Virus record (IMG/VR): IMGVR_UViG_3300005937_000003
Coordinates: 1-64,000 of that record
Origin: a virus
Taxonomy: Duplodnaviria; Caudoviricetes
Strand: one strand, 5' to 3'
DNA length: 64,000 bases
In this document: piece after piece, positions 43,546 through 52,973 of the stretch
Position numbering within the stretch: the stretch's first letter is position 1
How the letters are laid out: the number at the start of each line of letters is the position of its first letter
Position numbers and translations under genes: made by a program
Notes under the pieces: generated by a model
Told to the model about the DNA's origin: nothing
Seen by the model: the letters and a program-made list of their open reading frames with translations, nothing else
Database searches by the model: none

Positions 43546-44333
43546 ACCTGCACCTCCTCGTGCAGCGCGCCGTTGGCGGCCTGGTCCCACGCCAGCGCCT
43601 GCTGCGACAACTTGAAGTTGTACGTGCCGTCCACGACCACCTCGGGCAGCGGCAAGACCTCCTGCTGCAGGCGCTCGATGCTCAGGTCGAGGTAGCTCGG
43701 GTTGATGTCGGCGCCGACGAACGGGATGCCCAGCCGCTTGCACGCCAGGGCGGTGGTGCCGCTGCCCAGGAACGGGTCGTAAACCGTCCAGCCAGGCTTC
43801 CACACGTTGCCGATCAGCTTCAGCCAGAAGGGCAGGTATTTCGGGCAGGGATGGCGGTTGACCATCTGCCCCGTCGCGGTGCGCTGGCGCACGTCGGCGG
43901 CCTGACCGATGGGCGTCAGGATGACGTCCTGCTTGGGGTTGTTGGGCGGCTTGCCGTACAGCAGCACTGGCTCCCACACGTTGAACCACTGCCAGGCGGC
44001 GAACGGCTTCTTGGACTGGTTGGGCTTGATCCACGGCACGATGCCCGTTGGCCACTCGATCCACGCCACCCACATCTCGAAGTTGACGAAGCCAGGCGTC
44101 AGCACCAGCGGCTGCGGCAGCACCTGAAACCAGTCGTTGCACCAGTTCATGTACGCGTCGGTGGTGCGCTTGTCGTCCACCAGCGGGCCGTAGTCCATGC
44201 CCACGTTGTAGGGCGGATCGGTGACCGTGATCACCTGGGCGGGCAGGTCTTCAGTGAGCGCCCGCGTGACGTCGAAGACGTCGCCGCAGTACAGCGTGAT
44301 CTGGCTAGCCGTGTCGGTGTAATAGGGCTGCAA
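43542..44333 (-). CDS. DNA N4-cytosine/N6-adenine methyltransferase (beta class)
   Basis: TDPPYNVG (motif IV) before HPCPK and YDPFLGSGTT (motif I). Confidence 0.9.
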   Translation of the reverse strand: MQPYYTDTASQITLYCGDVFDVTRALTEDLPAQVITVTDPPYNVGMDYGPLVDDKRTTDAYMNWCNDWFQVLPQPLVLTPGFVNFEMWVAWIEWPTGIVPWIKPNQSKKPFAAWQWFNVWEPVLLYGKPPNNPKQDVILTPIGQAADVRQRTATGQMVNRHPCPKYLPFWLKLIGNVWKPGWTVYDPFLGSGTTALACKRLGIPFVGADINPSYLDLSIERLQQEVLPLPEVVVDGTYNFKLSQQALAWDQAANGALHEEVQV

Positions 44334-44856
44334 GCGTCATTCCTCCCTGGCTCAGGCGCGCCCGCGTGGCTTGCCGCCCGCATTCCGCATCGCACCATAC
44401 CTGCTGGTCGCTGACAGGCTGCCCGCTGGCCGTGAAGCCGCGCTTCAGGTCGGCCGCCGTCGGGTGCCCCTTCACGTGTCGAAAGTCGATCTCGCCCAGG
44501 CGCAGCAGCGACGTCACCATGCGCCGATACCACTGCCAGGGCAGGTTCTTGGGCACCACCACCTGGCTGTCGGGCAAGCCCAAGTGGGCGCGCAGGTAGG
44601 CGAGACGGTCGAGCACGTTGCGCGAGTCAGTCAGCAGCGCCCCGCTCCAGCCGTTGGGCATCGCCTCCAGGGCCAGCATCGCCGCGCACCACTCCATCTG
44701 GTTGTTCGAGATCTGGCCGTCCGTTGCCAGGATGAAGCCGCCGTCCTCGATCACCCTCCAGCCCGTCTGGTCCGCCGCGCACCACGCCCACACGCCCGCC
44801 ACTGGCGAGGGGTTGCGCTCCACCACGCCGCCGTCGCTGTACAGCGTCGTCACCAC
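44305..44856 (-). CDS. Ribonuclease H (RNase HI-like)
   Basis: LYSDGG..NP..G.W, SNNQME..A, TDS, HVKGH, CD catalytic motifs. Confidence 0.85.
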   Translation of the reverse strand: MVTTLYSDGGVVERNPSPVAGVWAWCAADQTGWRVIEDGGFILATDGQISNNQMEWCAAMLALEAMPNGWSGALLTDSRNVLDRLAYLRAHLGLPDSQVVVPKNLPWQWYRRMVTSLLRLGEIDFRHVKGHPTAADLKRGFTASGQPVSDQQVWCDAECGRQATRARLSQGGMTLAALLHRHG

Positions 44857-45088
44857 CCTCGTACCAGCGCCCAAAAGCCCAGAAGAAGACGATGTGCTTA
44901 CAGACATCGGTGCCCTGGCAACGATAGGCGTAGTTGGGGCAACTGCACCACGGCGGGTTCAGGTGCAGGTCCACCTGCCAGATGTTCTCGCCATCGGCCG
45001 CCGCGATGGCGAAGCGCTGCCCACCTAGCACCCAGGTTCGTCGTGTCCCGAACATTTCGGTCGCTCGGGTGACCAGTGTCTGATCCAT
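44627..45088 (-). CDS. SWIM-type zinc-finger protein
   Basis: WCSCP..Y.C..CKHI motif; 3' end overlaps RNase H. Confidence 0.6.
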   Translation of the reverse strand: MDQTLVTRATEMFGTRRTWVLGGQRFAIAAADGENIWQVDLHLNPPWCSCPNYAYRCQGTDVCKHIVFFWAFGRWYEGGDDAVQRRRRGGAQPLASGGRVGVVRGGPDGLEGDRGRRLHPGNGRPDLEQPDGVVRGDAGPGGDAQRLERGAAD

Positions 45089-45097
45089 GCCTGTGCT

Positions 45098-46964
45098 TCA
45101 CAGCCGCCGCCCGTCCCAGCGCCGCATCGCCTCCATCACGCTGAGTTGATCGGGTACGCTGCCGCTCCACTCCCCCGTCGTGCCGTGTGCGGCGATCCGC
45201 ACGAAGCACCAGTAGGCGAGCCAGCGCGGCATGCGCCATGCCAGCCACATCGCGGCTCGCTCGCGGGCACGCCCCACGCGCTCCGTTTGAGCGTAGATCA
45301 CGCGGCTGGCAAGCATCGGCGTCATGCGGCGCCATCATGGAGCTTGGCGGGCATGCGCGTCAAGCGGGCGAGTCGTAGCAGTTGCAGGGATGCGTCTGAC
45401 CGCCCTGGCAGTGGCACTTGTGCGGCTCGCCCTCGGCGGTGCAGATCTGACCGTGGCCGACGCGCAGCTTGGGTGAGTCGTCGTAGCGCTCGCGGTGGGT
45501 GTTGCTGGCGACGTCCACGCTGCCGCACAGGACGCATGGCTCGCCCCAGCGGCCAGGTGCGCCGCACTTGCCGCAGCGCGTCCGCCAGGTGGCACGCGGG
45601 TAGGTCGGCTGGGTCTTGGTCATGACGCCACCGCCCTCTTGGCGTTCAGGCGGGCGACGCCAGCGGCGACCAGGCGCTCCAGTTGCTGGTCGCTCAGGTA
45701 CACCTCGACGCGGTGGCCGTCGCCTTCAACGATGAGCATGTTGCCGCGCTGGCCGAAGCGGTGCGGGGCGAGGCGCACGCTGCGCTCGCGGTTCATGGGG
45801 ATGCTGACGAGCATTGGTTCTCTCCTTGCTGCGTAGATGTGTCAGGGACGGTCGGGTGTAAACGGGATGAATTGCGGGTCGTGGATGCAGCACGGCTGCG
45901 GCGGCATCTGGGGTGTGATCGGGCGGATCTCGCGTAGCTGGCTCCTGTACAGCGGCAGGAAGCGGTGGTAATCGCACATCGCCAGGGTCTGGGTCTGCAT
46001 CTCGTCGCGCTCGTGGACGGGCAGGCCTGGCGCGAGCACGATGCACGTCCAGTCGGCCCACACGAACAGGTAGCCAGAGGCGTGCGCCTGGCCAGCGGCC
46101 CCACCGCTCAGGGTCGGGTGGACTACCTCGATCACGGCGCGGGCAATCGTCCAGCCCTGGCTCAGGCCGTGCAGGCCCAGGTGCACCCAGGCGTCGGCGG
46201 TGGCCACGCCCACCGCGACGCCATACAGCAGGCCAGGCGCGGGCGGCTTGGCGCGCTGCTCGGGGAAGATCGGCAGGCCCGTCTCGGAATCGACGCGAAT
46301 CATCGGCCCAGACCCTTGGCCCAGGTCATCATCGTGGCGCCCTCCAGGCAGCGCAGGTGCAGCCGCGTGAAGGTCGCCTGGCGCGGCTTGCCCTTGCTAT
46401 CGGGCGCGGTCACGATGCGCACGGTGATCGAGCACGCGGGGCAGCGCTCGCGCTCCACGATACGCAGGACCACGCCGTCGTGGGCGCGGTAGTCGAGCGC
46501 CTCCTCAAGCTCGGGCGCGCTGCTGGTGAAGCTGGCGGTCATCGCCTGGCCACGTCGGTCAGCGGGTTGGCCAGCGGCGTGGGCGCCGTGTAGCGCGGCC
46601 CGTACGGCCCGTCGCCCAGCAGCACGGTGTGTCCCTCCTCGACGCCCGTGAGCGCGATTCTGATCGAGGCGACTTCCATCTCGTGCGCGGCCAGTTGCTC
46701 GCGCAGTTGCTCGGGTGACACGTACTGCCATCTCATTCGGCACCCTCCAGGCGGCGCGTCGAGCGCTGGGCGCCAGGCTCGTTCCAGCCCAGCTTGCCCG
46801 TCCATGACGGCGCCTCGGCCGTCTCCTCGTTGGTCAGCTTGCGGTGGCCACGCTCGTGGCACATGCAGCCGATCATGCGCCCGCCTCGCGCAATCATCGG
46901 CTCACACTGGGCGTGCTCGTCGTGCCAGCACGCGGTGCAGTGGCGCAGGTACTTCTCGACGGTC
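45098..46964 (-). other. Cluster of small hypothetical ORFs (45098-45325, 45360-45623, 45620-45814, 45842-46303, 46300-46542, 46539-46736, 46733-46964)
   Basis: ATGA/GTGA-coupled ORFs, several Cys/His-rich. Confidence 0.5.
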
Positions 46965-47961
46965 ATCGGTCCACGACTCCCACGGTCTTCTTGGGCGGCA
47001 GGATCGGCAGGTCGGTGCGGTCGGCCAATTTCATGTACGGCAGGATCAGGCGGCGGATGGTGCCCGTGCGGCCCACGCCCGTGTGATAGCGCTGCCAGTA
47101 GCCGCCCGTGGCCAGGCCGACCATCCAGCGGTGACGATACTCGCGGTCGCTGGGCGCCTCGTCTGGCTCGTCCACGCTCAGGTACTCCTTGCGGCGTAGC
47201 TCGATGACGGTGATCTCGGGCGGTGGCTTGCGGCCCTCGCGCTGCGCCCTGCGGCGGACGGCACGGTCGGCTTGCTGCTTGCGGCGCACGGTCAGCAGTG
47301 GCTGGTTGACGAAGTCGAGCGCGGCCGCGATGTAGCGCACCTGTAGCTCGGCGCGCTGGTCCATCAGCAGATCGTGGTCGTCGGCGCCGTAGCCCTCGCT
47401 GGGTGAGTTGCGGTTGACGCGCCGCAGGCGCTCGATGATGCCGCTCAGGCTCATGCCCTCCTGGGTGATGTGCAGCAGCCCTGGCTCGCCCGACGGGCGG
47501 TGCGACGTCGCCAGGAAGTTGCAGATGAACACCTCGCCGTCGTCCATCACCTGCCAGCCGAAGGCGACCACGTCCAGGCGGAAGTCGAGCGGCACGTCGG
47601 CGCGGCGGCGGCCGTTGTCGATGGCCTGCTGGATGGTCGTCTCGGGCGGCATGGGCAGCTTGAGCGGATGGGCGAAGTGCACGAAGCCGCACGTGGCGGG
47701 CAGGTCGGGGATCTTCAGTTCCCAGTCGGGCATGGTCGGCGCGCAGGCTTCGAGCACGCTGCACAGGTCCGAATCCCAGTAGAACGGCATCGCCGCTTCG
47801 AGGGCGATCTGCACGCGTCTGAGCGCGGGCTGGTACTCGGACACCGTGCCCTTGTACAGGCTGCTGGCCTGGCGCTGGTCGGTCGTGAAGCCCAACCGTC
47901 GCACGTGCTGCAGCATGCCCGCCTGGGCCTCGATGGCGAGGCTGTAGGTCGCTTGTTGCAT
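46963..47961 (-). CDS. Conserved phage hypothetical protein
   Basis: C-terminal YRHRWMVG..YWQRY..G..I.PYMK resembles the HRW.VRGHWR..PY.KG motif of a widespread phage family; own promoter. Confidence 0.7.
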   Translation of the reverse strand: MQQATYSLAIEAQAGMLQHVRRLGFTTDQRQASSLYKGTVSEYQPALRRVQIALEAAMPFYWDSDLCSVLEACAPTMPDWELKIPDLPATCGFVHFAHPLKLPMPPETTIQQAIDNGRRRADVPLDFRLDVVAFGWQVMDDGEVFICNFLATSHRPSGEPGLLHITQEGMSLSGIIERLRRVNRNSPSEGYGADDHDLLMDQRAELQVRYIAAALDFVNQPLLTVRRKQQADRAVRRRAQREGRKPPPEITVIELRRKEYLSVDEPDEAPSDREYRHRWMVGLATGGYWQRYHTGVGRTGTIRRLILPYMKLADRTDLPILPPKKTVGVVDR

Positions 47962-47971
47962 GGTGCGACCA

Positions 47972-48012
47972 ATATAAGCGCCAAGCTCAGGTCTGTCAAC
48001 CATTTCGGTGTC
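47972..48012 (-). promoter_or_regulatory. Sigma70-type promoter with operator
   Basis: TTGACA-17-TATATT; box GTCAACCATTTCGGTGTC at 47995-48012. Confidence 0.75.
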
Positions 48013-48535
48013 AGAGCCTGAGCACCTCCTCGATGGACCAGTCGGGCTGGACGAGCACGTCAGGCCAGGCGCCCGACTTGTCGTAGTGGACCAGCCGCTG
48101 GAGCACCAGATCGGGCCTGCCGAAGAAGTGGCGCGGCCGCAGCACGGCCACCTCCTGGCCCGCCTGAGCCAGCCACAGCGCGTGCTGCGCCTGGTCGGTG
48201 GTCAGCTTGCCCTTCTCGCTCTTGAGTTCGATCCACAGCACGCCGCCATCGGCCTGCAGCGACGTCGGGATGCACACCCAGTCGAGCACGCCCCACGCGG
48301 CGCGGGCGGGCACCGCCTCGATGATGCCCTCGTGCTCGCGGCCCCAGGCCTCGCGGTGGCCCTGCTTGCGCACGTGCCAGGCGACCCAGCTTCCCAGCCG
48401 CAGGCGCTCCTTCAGGCGCTCCTGGGCGTCCGACTCGTGCCACGTCTTGGGGTTGGTTGGATCGAGCGGGACTTTCCTGTGCGCACGCTGACGGGGCGAC
48501 TCCTCGATGGGGATGCCCGCCAGGTTGTACCTCAC
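48011..48535 (-). CDS. VRR-NUC / PD-(D/E)XK nuclease
   Basis: G.LD..C..LWIELKSEKGKLTTDQ..W..AGQEVAVLRP motif. Confidence 0.85.
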   Translation of the reverse strand: MRYNLAGIPIEESPRQRAHRKVPLDPTNPKTWHESDAQERLKERLRLGSWVAWHVRKQGHREAWGREHEGIIEAVPARAAWGVLDWVCIPTSLQADGGVLWIELKSEKGKLTTDQAQHALWLAQAGQEVAVLRPRHFFGRPDLVLQRLVHYDKSGAWPDVLVQPDWSIEEVLRL

Positions 48536-49116
48536 GACAGACCCGCCTTCTTGCGCAGCCAGTTGTCGCGGGCAATGCTGCGCCAGGTGAAGGGCGCCTC
48601 CTTGGCGTCGATGTCGTGCCACTCGCCCGTGAACGGGTCGCACACCGCCAGGCGGCCCTTCTCGCCGCCGTAGCGCACGTCGAAGGCGAACTTCTGGCGC
48701 GGCGGCTCGTCGGTGCTGCACTGGACGGCCATCATGTACGGCCTGCCCTTGACGCTCACGCCCTGGCCCTGCAGCTTGTTGGCCACCTCGTCCCAGACGG
48801 CCTTGCGCCTGGCGAAGCGGTCGGCGTCCCACTCGGCGCGCTCGTCGGCGGGCCAGCGCGTGCGGGCATGCTCGATCAGGTCGAACAGCATCCACCACGA
48901 GACGCCCACGGCGCTGTTGGTCTGGCGGTCCTCATCCACGCCCAGCACGCCCAGGATGATGCTGGCGCCCCACAGGCAGCGCTCCCCGAAGGCGACGCGC
49001 TCGCGCTGCTCGGCCAGTGTCGGATTGTCGTCCGCGATGGCCAGAATCTTCTCCATCGGGCGGTCGAGTTGCTTCATGCACGCCTCGCGCATCTGGTCCT
49101 CGGTCAGCGTGGTCAT
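48532..49116 (-). CDS. Hypothetical protein
   Basis: 194 aa coupled to DnaB and VRR-NUC. Confidence 0.65.
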   Translation of the reverse strand: MTTLTEDQMREACMKQLDRPMEKILAIADDNPTLAEQRERVAFGERCLWGASIILGVLGVDEDRQTNSAVGVSWWMLFDLIEHARTRWPADERAEWDADRFARRKAVWDEVANKLQGQGVSVKGRPYMMAVQCSTDEPPRQKFAFDVRYGGEKGRLAVCDPFTGEWHDIDAKEAPFTWRSIARDNWLRKKAGLS

Positions 49117-50633
49117 CAGAACGGCAGATCCTCAGTCTCGGGCGCGTGGGTGACGTGGCCATTGGTGGACGGCTTCTCGTCATCGGGCAGGATCGTGTGA
49201 CGGCGGAAGGGCACCACGTTGCCCTGCGCGAGATCGGCGTAGCGCTCGCAATCGGGGCGCCAGGCGAGCGGGATGACCGACCCGCGACCACGCCCCGCCG
49301 CAAGGTCGCGGGCCTTCAGCACGGCCAGCGACGCCGTTAGATCCTCGCTGTTAGGGTCGTGGTAATTGGCGCGGTCCAGCCCCAGCGCGATGTCGCAGTC
49401 CTGCTCAAGGTCACCCGACTCGCGCAAGTCACTCAGGTCGGGCATCTTGTTCGAGCGGTTCATCACGCCGCGTGTAACCTGGGCGGGCGCCAGCACGGTG
49501 CATTCCAGCGACTCGGCCATGTCTTTGAGCGCGTGGCTCGCGACGCTCACGTTCTCGTAACGGTTGGCCCTCGGCCCCGCCTGGTCGCGCAGTAGCTGCA
49601 CGTAGTCCACTACGATCAGCGCCAGCGGCTTGCCGATCTCGTCACTCCAGCGCTGCGCCTTGCGGCGGATCTGCTCGGTCGTCCGCGCCTTGGAGTCCCA
49701 GGCCAGCGGCATCTCCTGCATGCGCTCGACGGCCTCCTTGACCCTGGCCTTCTCGGAGTCGCTGACGTTGCCTCGGGCAAGCTCGTGGCGCAGGACGCCC
49801 GTCATCATCGTGATCGAACGCTGGACGAGCTTGGGCACGCTCATCTCCAGGCTGGCGAAGAAGACGGCACCCTGCTGGTTGGCCACGTTCATCGCGATCT
49901 GTTGCGCCAAGATGCTCTTGCCGACGCTGGTGCGCGCCGCCAGGTAGATCAGGTCGCCTGGCTTGAGGCCCAGCAGCACGCGGTCCAGATCGGCCAGGCC
50001 CGTCCGCCAGCCCGCCATGTACTCGCCGCGTGTGGTGTCCCAGTTCTTGAGCCGCTCCTGCTCAGCCTCCAGTGCCTGCCAGGCGGCCGTCGCGGCGGCG
50101 GCGTTGCTGACGGGTTGATCCTCCGCGACGCGGGCGGCGAGCACGGCCATGCGCCGCATCATCTCGTCTATCAGGTCGTCAGGGTCTTTGTCGTCGCGCC
50201 AGGCAGCCTCGGCCAGTTTCTGGGTCAGCGAGATCAGCCCACGCTGCAGCGACTTGCGCAGCACGATCCTGGCGTAGTGCCCGATGAAGGCCGACGTCGG
50301 CGTGGCCAGGCTCAGTTCGCTCAGGTACAGCAGCCCTCCGCTCAGGTTGTAGGCGCCCTGGCGTTCGAGCATGTCGGCCAGCAGGTGGTAGTCGATAGGC
50401 GTGCCCTCGGCCTCCAGCGTCAGCGCGGCCTTCCAGATGGACTGGTGGCGCATCGAGTAGAAGTGTTTCGGTTCGAGCACGCCCGCCACCAGGCGGATGG
50501 CGTTCGGGTTCTTCAGCAGCGCACCCAGGACGGCCTCCTCGGCCTGCTGGCTGTGTGGTGGCAAGGTCGAGTCGCGGTCCTCATCGAACGGCCCTCGATC
50601 ATGGCCGTTGGTGCTGAAGTCGATGACTGTCAC
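49116..50633 (-). CDS. dnaB: DnaB-like replicative helicase
   Basis: PPHSQQAEEAVLG, AARTSVGKS, SLEMS, VVDYVQL, DLRESGDLEQDCD. Confidence 0.95.
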   Translation of the reverse strand: MTVIDFSTNGHDRGPFDEDRDSTLPPHSQQAEEAVLGALLKNPNAIRLVAGVLEPKHFYSMRHQSIWKAALTLEAEGTPIDYHLLADMLERQGAYNLSGGLLYLSELSLATPTSAFIGHYARIVLRKSLQRGLISLTQKLAEAAWRDDKDPDDLIDEMMRRMAVLAARVAEDQPVSNAAAATAAWQALEAEQERLKNWDTTRGEYMAGWRTGLADLDRVLLGLKPGDLIYLAARTSVGKSILAQQIAMNVANQQGAVFFASLEMSVPKLVQRSITMMTGVLRHELARGNVSDSEKARVKEAVERMQEMPLAWDSKARTTEQIRRKAQRWSDEIGKPLALIVVDYVQLLRDQAGPRANRYENVSVASHALKDMAESLECTVLAPAQVTRGVMNRSNKMPDLSDLRESGDLEQDCDIALGLDRANYHDPNSEDLTASLAVLKARDLAAGRGRGSVIPLAWRPDCERYADLAQGNVVPFRRHTILPDDEKPSTNGHVTHAPETEDLPF

Positions 50634-51538
50634 AGCTTGGTCCTGTCAACGAAGGGTTCGATGTCGCGAGCGTCCCGGGTGAACCACGGGGAGGGTTCGC
50701 TGACCAGCGGGTTGTGCGTCGGCTCGCCCTTGGCTTTGGCCAGGCGCGCCTCGGCGGCCTTGAGGTTGGTGTTGAAGATCTTGCGATCCTTGATGTCGCG
50801 CTGGACCCAGCCCATCGCGTAGCGGTACTCGGTCTTCCACTTGCGGGCGTTCTCGTGCTCCAGCGCCGAGTCGATCACGTCGTCTAGTGCCTGACGTGAC
50901 GGGTAAAAGCTCTCGTACTTCTGGTGCAGGGTGGCGCGCTGCTCGTCGGTCAGCGGCTCAGTCTTTGGCTTGCGCGCCTTCCCGTCTTTAACTTCAACAA
51001 CAACGTTGTCTTTAAGTACGGGACTTAACGCGTGCGCGTGCGCGTGCGGCGCGTCAGGTAGAGCCTGACTGTCAGGTAGAGCCTGACGTTGGGCGTCAGG
51101 TACAGCCTGACGTTTGAGGCGGCGCGGCGGGACAAGCCAGCGCATGCGCCAGTGAACCTCGCCGTCGATCACCTGGCGCTGCAACAAGCCCGCCTGGACG
51201 GCTTTAGCGAAGTGCTCCGACAGCGTCTGGCGCGTGATGCCCAGGCGCTTTGCCAGCGTGTACTGCGAGATCGACAGCGACTCGCCGTCGTCGTCCACGA
51301 AGTGGGTCATCGCCAGCAGCGTCAGCCTGAGCGCTGGGCTGAGATCGGTGTCGAACGTCAGGTCGCGGTGCAGGTGACCATAAACCGCCCCCGCCTGGCC
51401 TGCTCGAAGCGCCACCTCGCGCTCGTAGGCCTCTGGCCACACACTATCGGTTGTGGTGGCCTCATCTGTGACACCCAGATGTTGTGTCGTTACACCATTG
51501 GCGCTTGCAACGTGTTCGTCGCCGTGTAAACTTGACAC
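50630..51538 (-). CDS. Replication initiator (winged HTH, lambda O-like)
   Basis: SD AAAGGA; HTH SQYTLAKRLGITRQTLSEH; directly upstream of DnaB; internal iterons. Confidence 0.75.
   Translation of the reverse strand: MSSLHGDEHVASANGVTTQHLGVTDEATTTDSVWPEAYEREVALRAGQAGAVYGHLHRDLTFDTDLSPALRLTLLAMTHFVDDDGESLSISQYTLAKRLGITRQTLSEHFAKAVQAGLLQRQVIDGEVHWRMRWLVPPRRLKRQAVPDAQRQALPDSQALPDAPHAHAHALSPVLKDNVVVEVKDGKARKPKTEPLTDEQRATLHQKYESFYPSRQALDDVIDSALEHENARKWKTEYRYAMGWVQRDIKDRKIFNTNLKAAEARLAKAKGEPTHNPLVSEPSPWFTRDARDIEPFVDRTKL
50985..51111. repeat. Putative replication origin: three palindromic iterons plus AT-rich tract
   Basis: GTCAGG-TA(G/C)AG-CCTGAC at 51053, 51071 and 51095, adjacent to an AT-rich stretch at about 50985-51030. 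Confidence 0.65.
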
Positions 51539-51771
51539 GGTTCTTTCCTTTCAGAAGCCGTCACCCGACACTCTGGCTTGCAAGCGGAGGGGTGACGGTT
51601 TCTTGTTGTGTTGGGGATTCTCTCCTTGTGGGTGCGCTTACCCCTCCTTCCGTCGAGGCGCCCCGTCAGTAGCCTCCGACGCTGGCTGCGGGGGCCTCGG
51701 CGCCGACATCGGGAAGGGTGAAAGCACTCAGCCTACACCCCGCTGCCTGGCCTCAGTCCAGGCACTTGGCG

Positions 51772-52353
51772 TCACGATTCGGCCCCAGCGAAGAAGCGCA
51801 CCCAATCCTCGTCGCCACGCCCAGCTTCCATGTCCGCGTGCAGGTCGAGCGGCACCCCGTCGGGCGTCAGTGCGCGCAGCGGCACCTGGCTGCCCTTGAT
51901 CGGCTCGACCTCGCCCAGGCGCTCCCACTTGAGGTGCTCCAGCAGCGTGCCCAGGCGGTTGCGGCCGCCGTGGCAGGCGGGACGGCCGCAGATGCACACG
52001 CCCCACCAGTTGTCGTGCCAGGACGTCCACTCGATCAGCGCCGAGTCCCAGGACACCAGCTTCTCCTCCAGCAGCCTGTCGCGGAACTTCTCGCGCAGGA
52101 TGTCGAGCATGACGTCATCCTTGACCTGCTCCCAGTCGGGCCTGAGCGTGAGCGCCCGCCCCATCGCCTTGGCCTTGCCCGGGCCTGGCGGATGCGGGAA
52201 GGCGAACGCCTGGCGGGCCTTGCGGTCGAGCGTCTTGGCGGATTGAAAGGCCGACTCGACGTCGGCGTACTTGAGGTTGTCCCACAGCAGCGGGGAGTGG
52301 GCGAAGTTGCTCGCCCACGAGGGAAACTCGGGACGGCGCACGGCGGTGGTCAT
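51772..52353 (-). CDS. NADAR (YbiA / T4 gp30.3-like) family protein
   Basis: SNF..VE.AFQSAK..PG.AK..GR..LRPDWEQVKDDVM..KF..L..D.WWG..G.N.LG.LL motif. Confidence 0.9.
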   Translation of the reverse strand: MTTAVRRPEFPSWASNFAHSPLLWDNLKYADVESAFQSAKTLDRKARQAFAFPHPPGPGKAKAMGRALTLRPDWEQVKDDVMLDILREKFRDRLLEEKLVSWDSALIEWTSWHDNWWGVCICGRPACHGGRNRLGTLLEHLKWERLGEVEPIKGSQVPLRALTPDGVPLDLHADMEAGRGDEDWVRFFAGAES

Positions 52354-52394
52354 GGCCGACCAGTGTAACCCAGTCGGGTGTCATGACGCACACC

Positions 52395-52973
52395 TTACTG
52401 GGTGTAGTTGAACCAGCCTGTGATGATCAGCTTCTGCTGGCTGGGTGAGACGATGCCCTGGTGCACGTGGGTGAAGTCGCTCGGCCAGATCAGCGTCCGC
52501 CCGCGCCTGGCCTGGACCAGCAGATCCTGATGCACGAAGTAGGTGCCGCCGCCGTCCGTGACGTCGTTGAGATAGGTCATCCACACCAGCATGCGCGTGG
52601 TCACGCTGTACGTGTTGCGCTCGCAGTGCGGCTTCTTGAAGCCCCCGCCAGGCGCGTAGAACTGCAGGCGCGGTGACTCGGCCAGGCCGAACGGCCCGTG
52701 CTGCACCCCGTAGCGGTTCACGTAGTCGGCGGTGTGCCCGATGAGCAGGTCTAGGTAGCGATTGACGGCGTACTCCTCCCACATCGCACGCGGGATCTCG
52801 CTCAGCTTCAGGTCGTAGCTGTCCTTGACCTCGGTGTCCACGACGGGTTTGCCCAAGGCGCCGCCCACCTGGCCGCGTCGCACCAGCCCGCGCTGGTTGC
52901 AGGTAGCGAACAGGTCCACCAGGCGGTCACACGTCGCCAGTTCCGTCTCGTACTCGCGGATGAAGTCAGTCAC
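52395..52973 (-). CDS. 2OG-Fe(II) oxygenase (prolyl-4-hydroxylase-like)
   Basis: LQFYAPGGGF..HCE..R.LVWMTYLNDV.DGGGT.F..IWPSDFTHVHQG..K.IITGW. Confidence 0.9.
   Translation of the reverse strand: MTDFIREYETELATCDRLVDLFATCNQRGLVRRGQVGGALGKPVVDTEVKDSYDLKLSEIPRAMWEEYAVNRYLDLLIGHTADYVNRYGVQHGPFGLAESPRLQFYAPGGGFKKPHCERNTYSVTTRMLVWMTYLNDVTDGGGTYFVHQDLLVQARRGRTLIWPSDFTHVHQGIVSPSQQKLIITGWFNYTQ

Noticed and set aside
43542-44333. Methyltransferase as part of a restriction-modification or base-hypermodification system
   Set aside because: There is no cognate REase or modification cluster adjacent; it is an ordinary orphan phage MTase
51460-51495. Possible 13th operator (CATCTG-GGTGTC half-site on the minus strand)
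   Set aside because: Only one half matches, and it lies inside the initiator coding sequence
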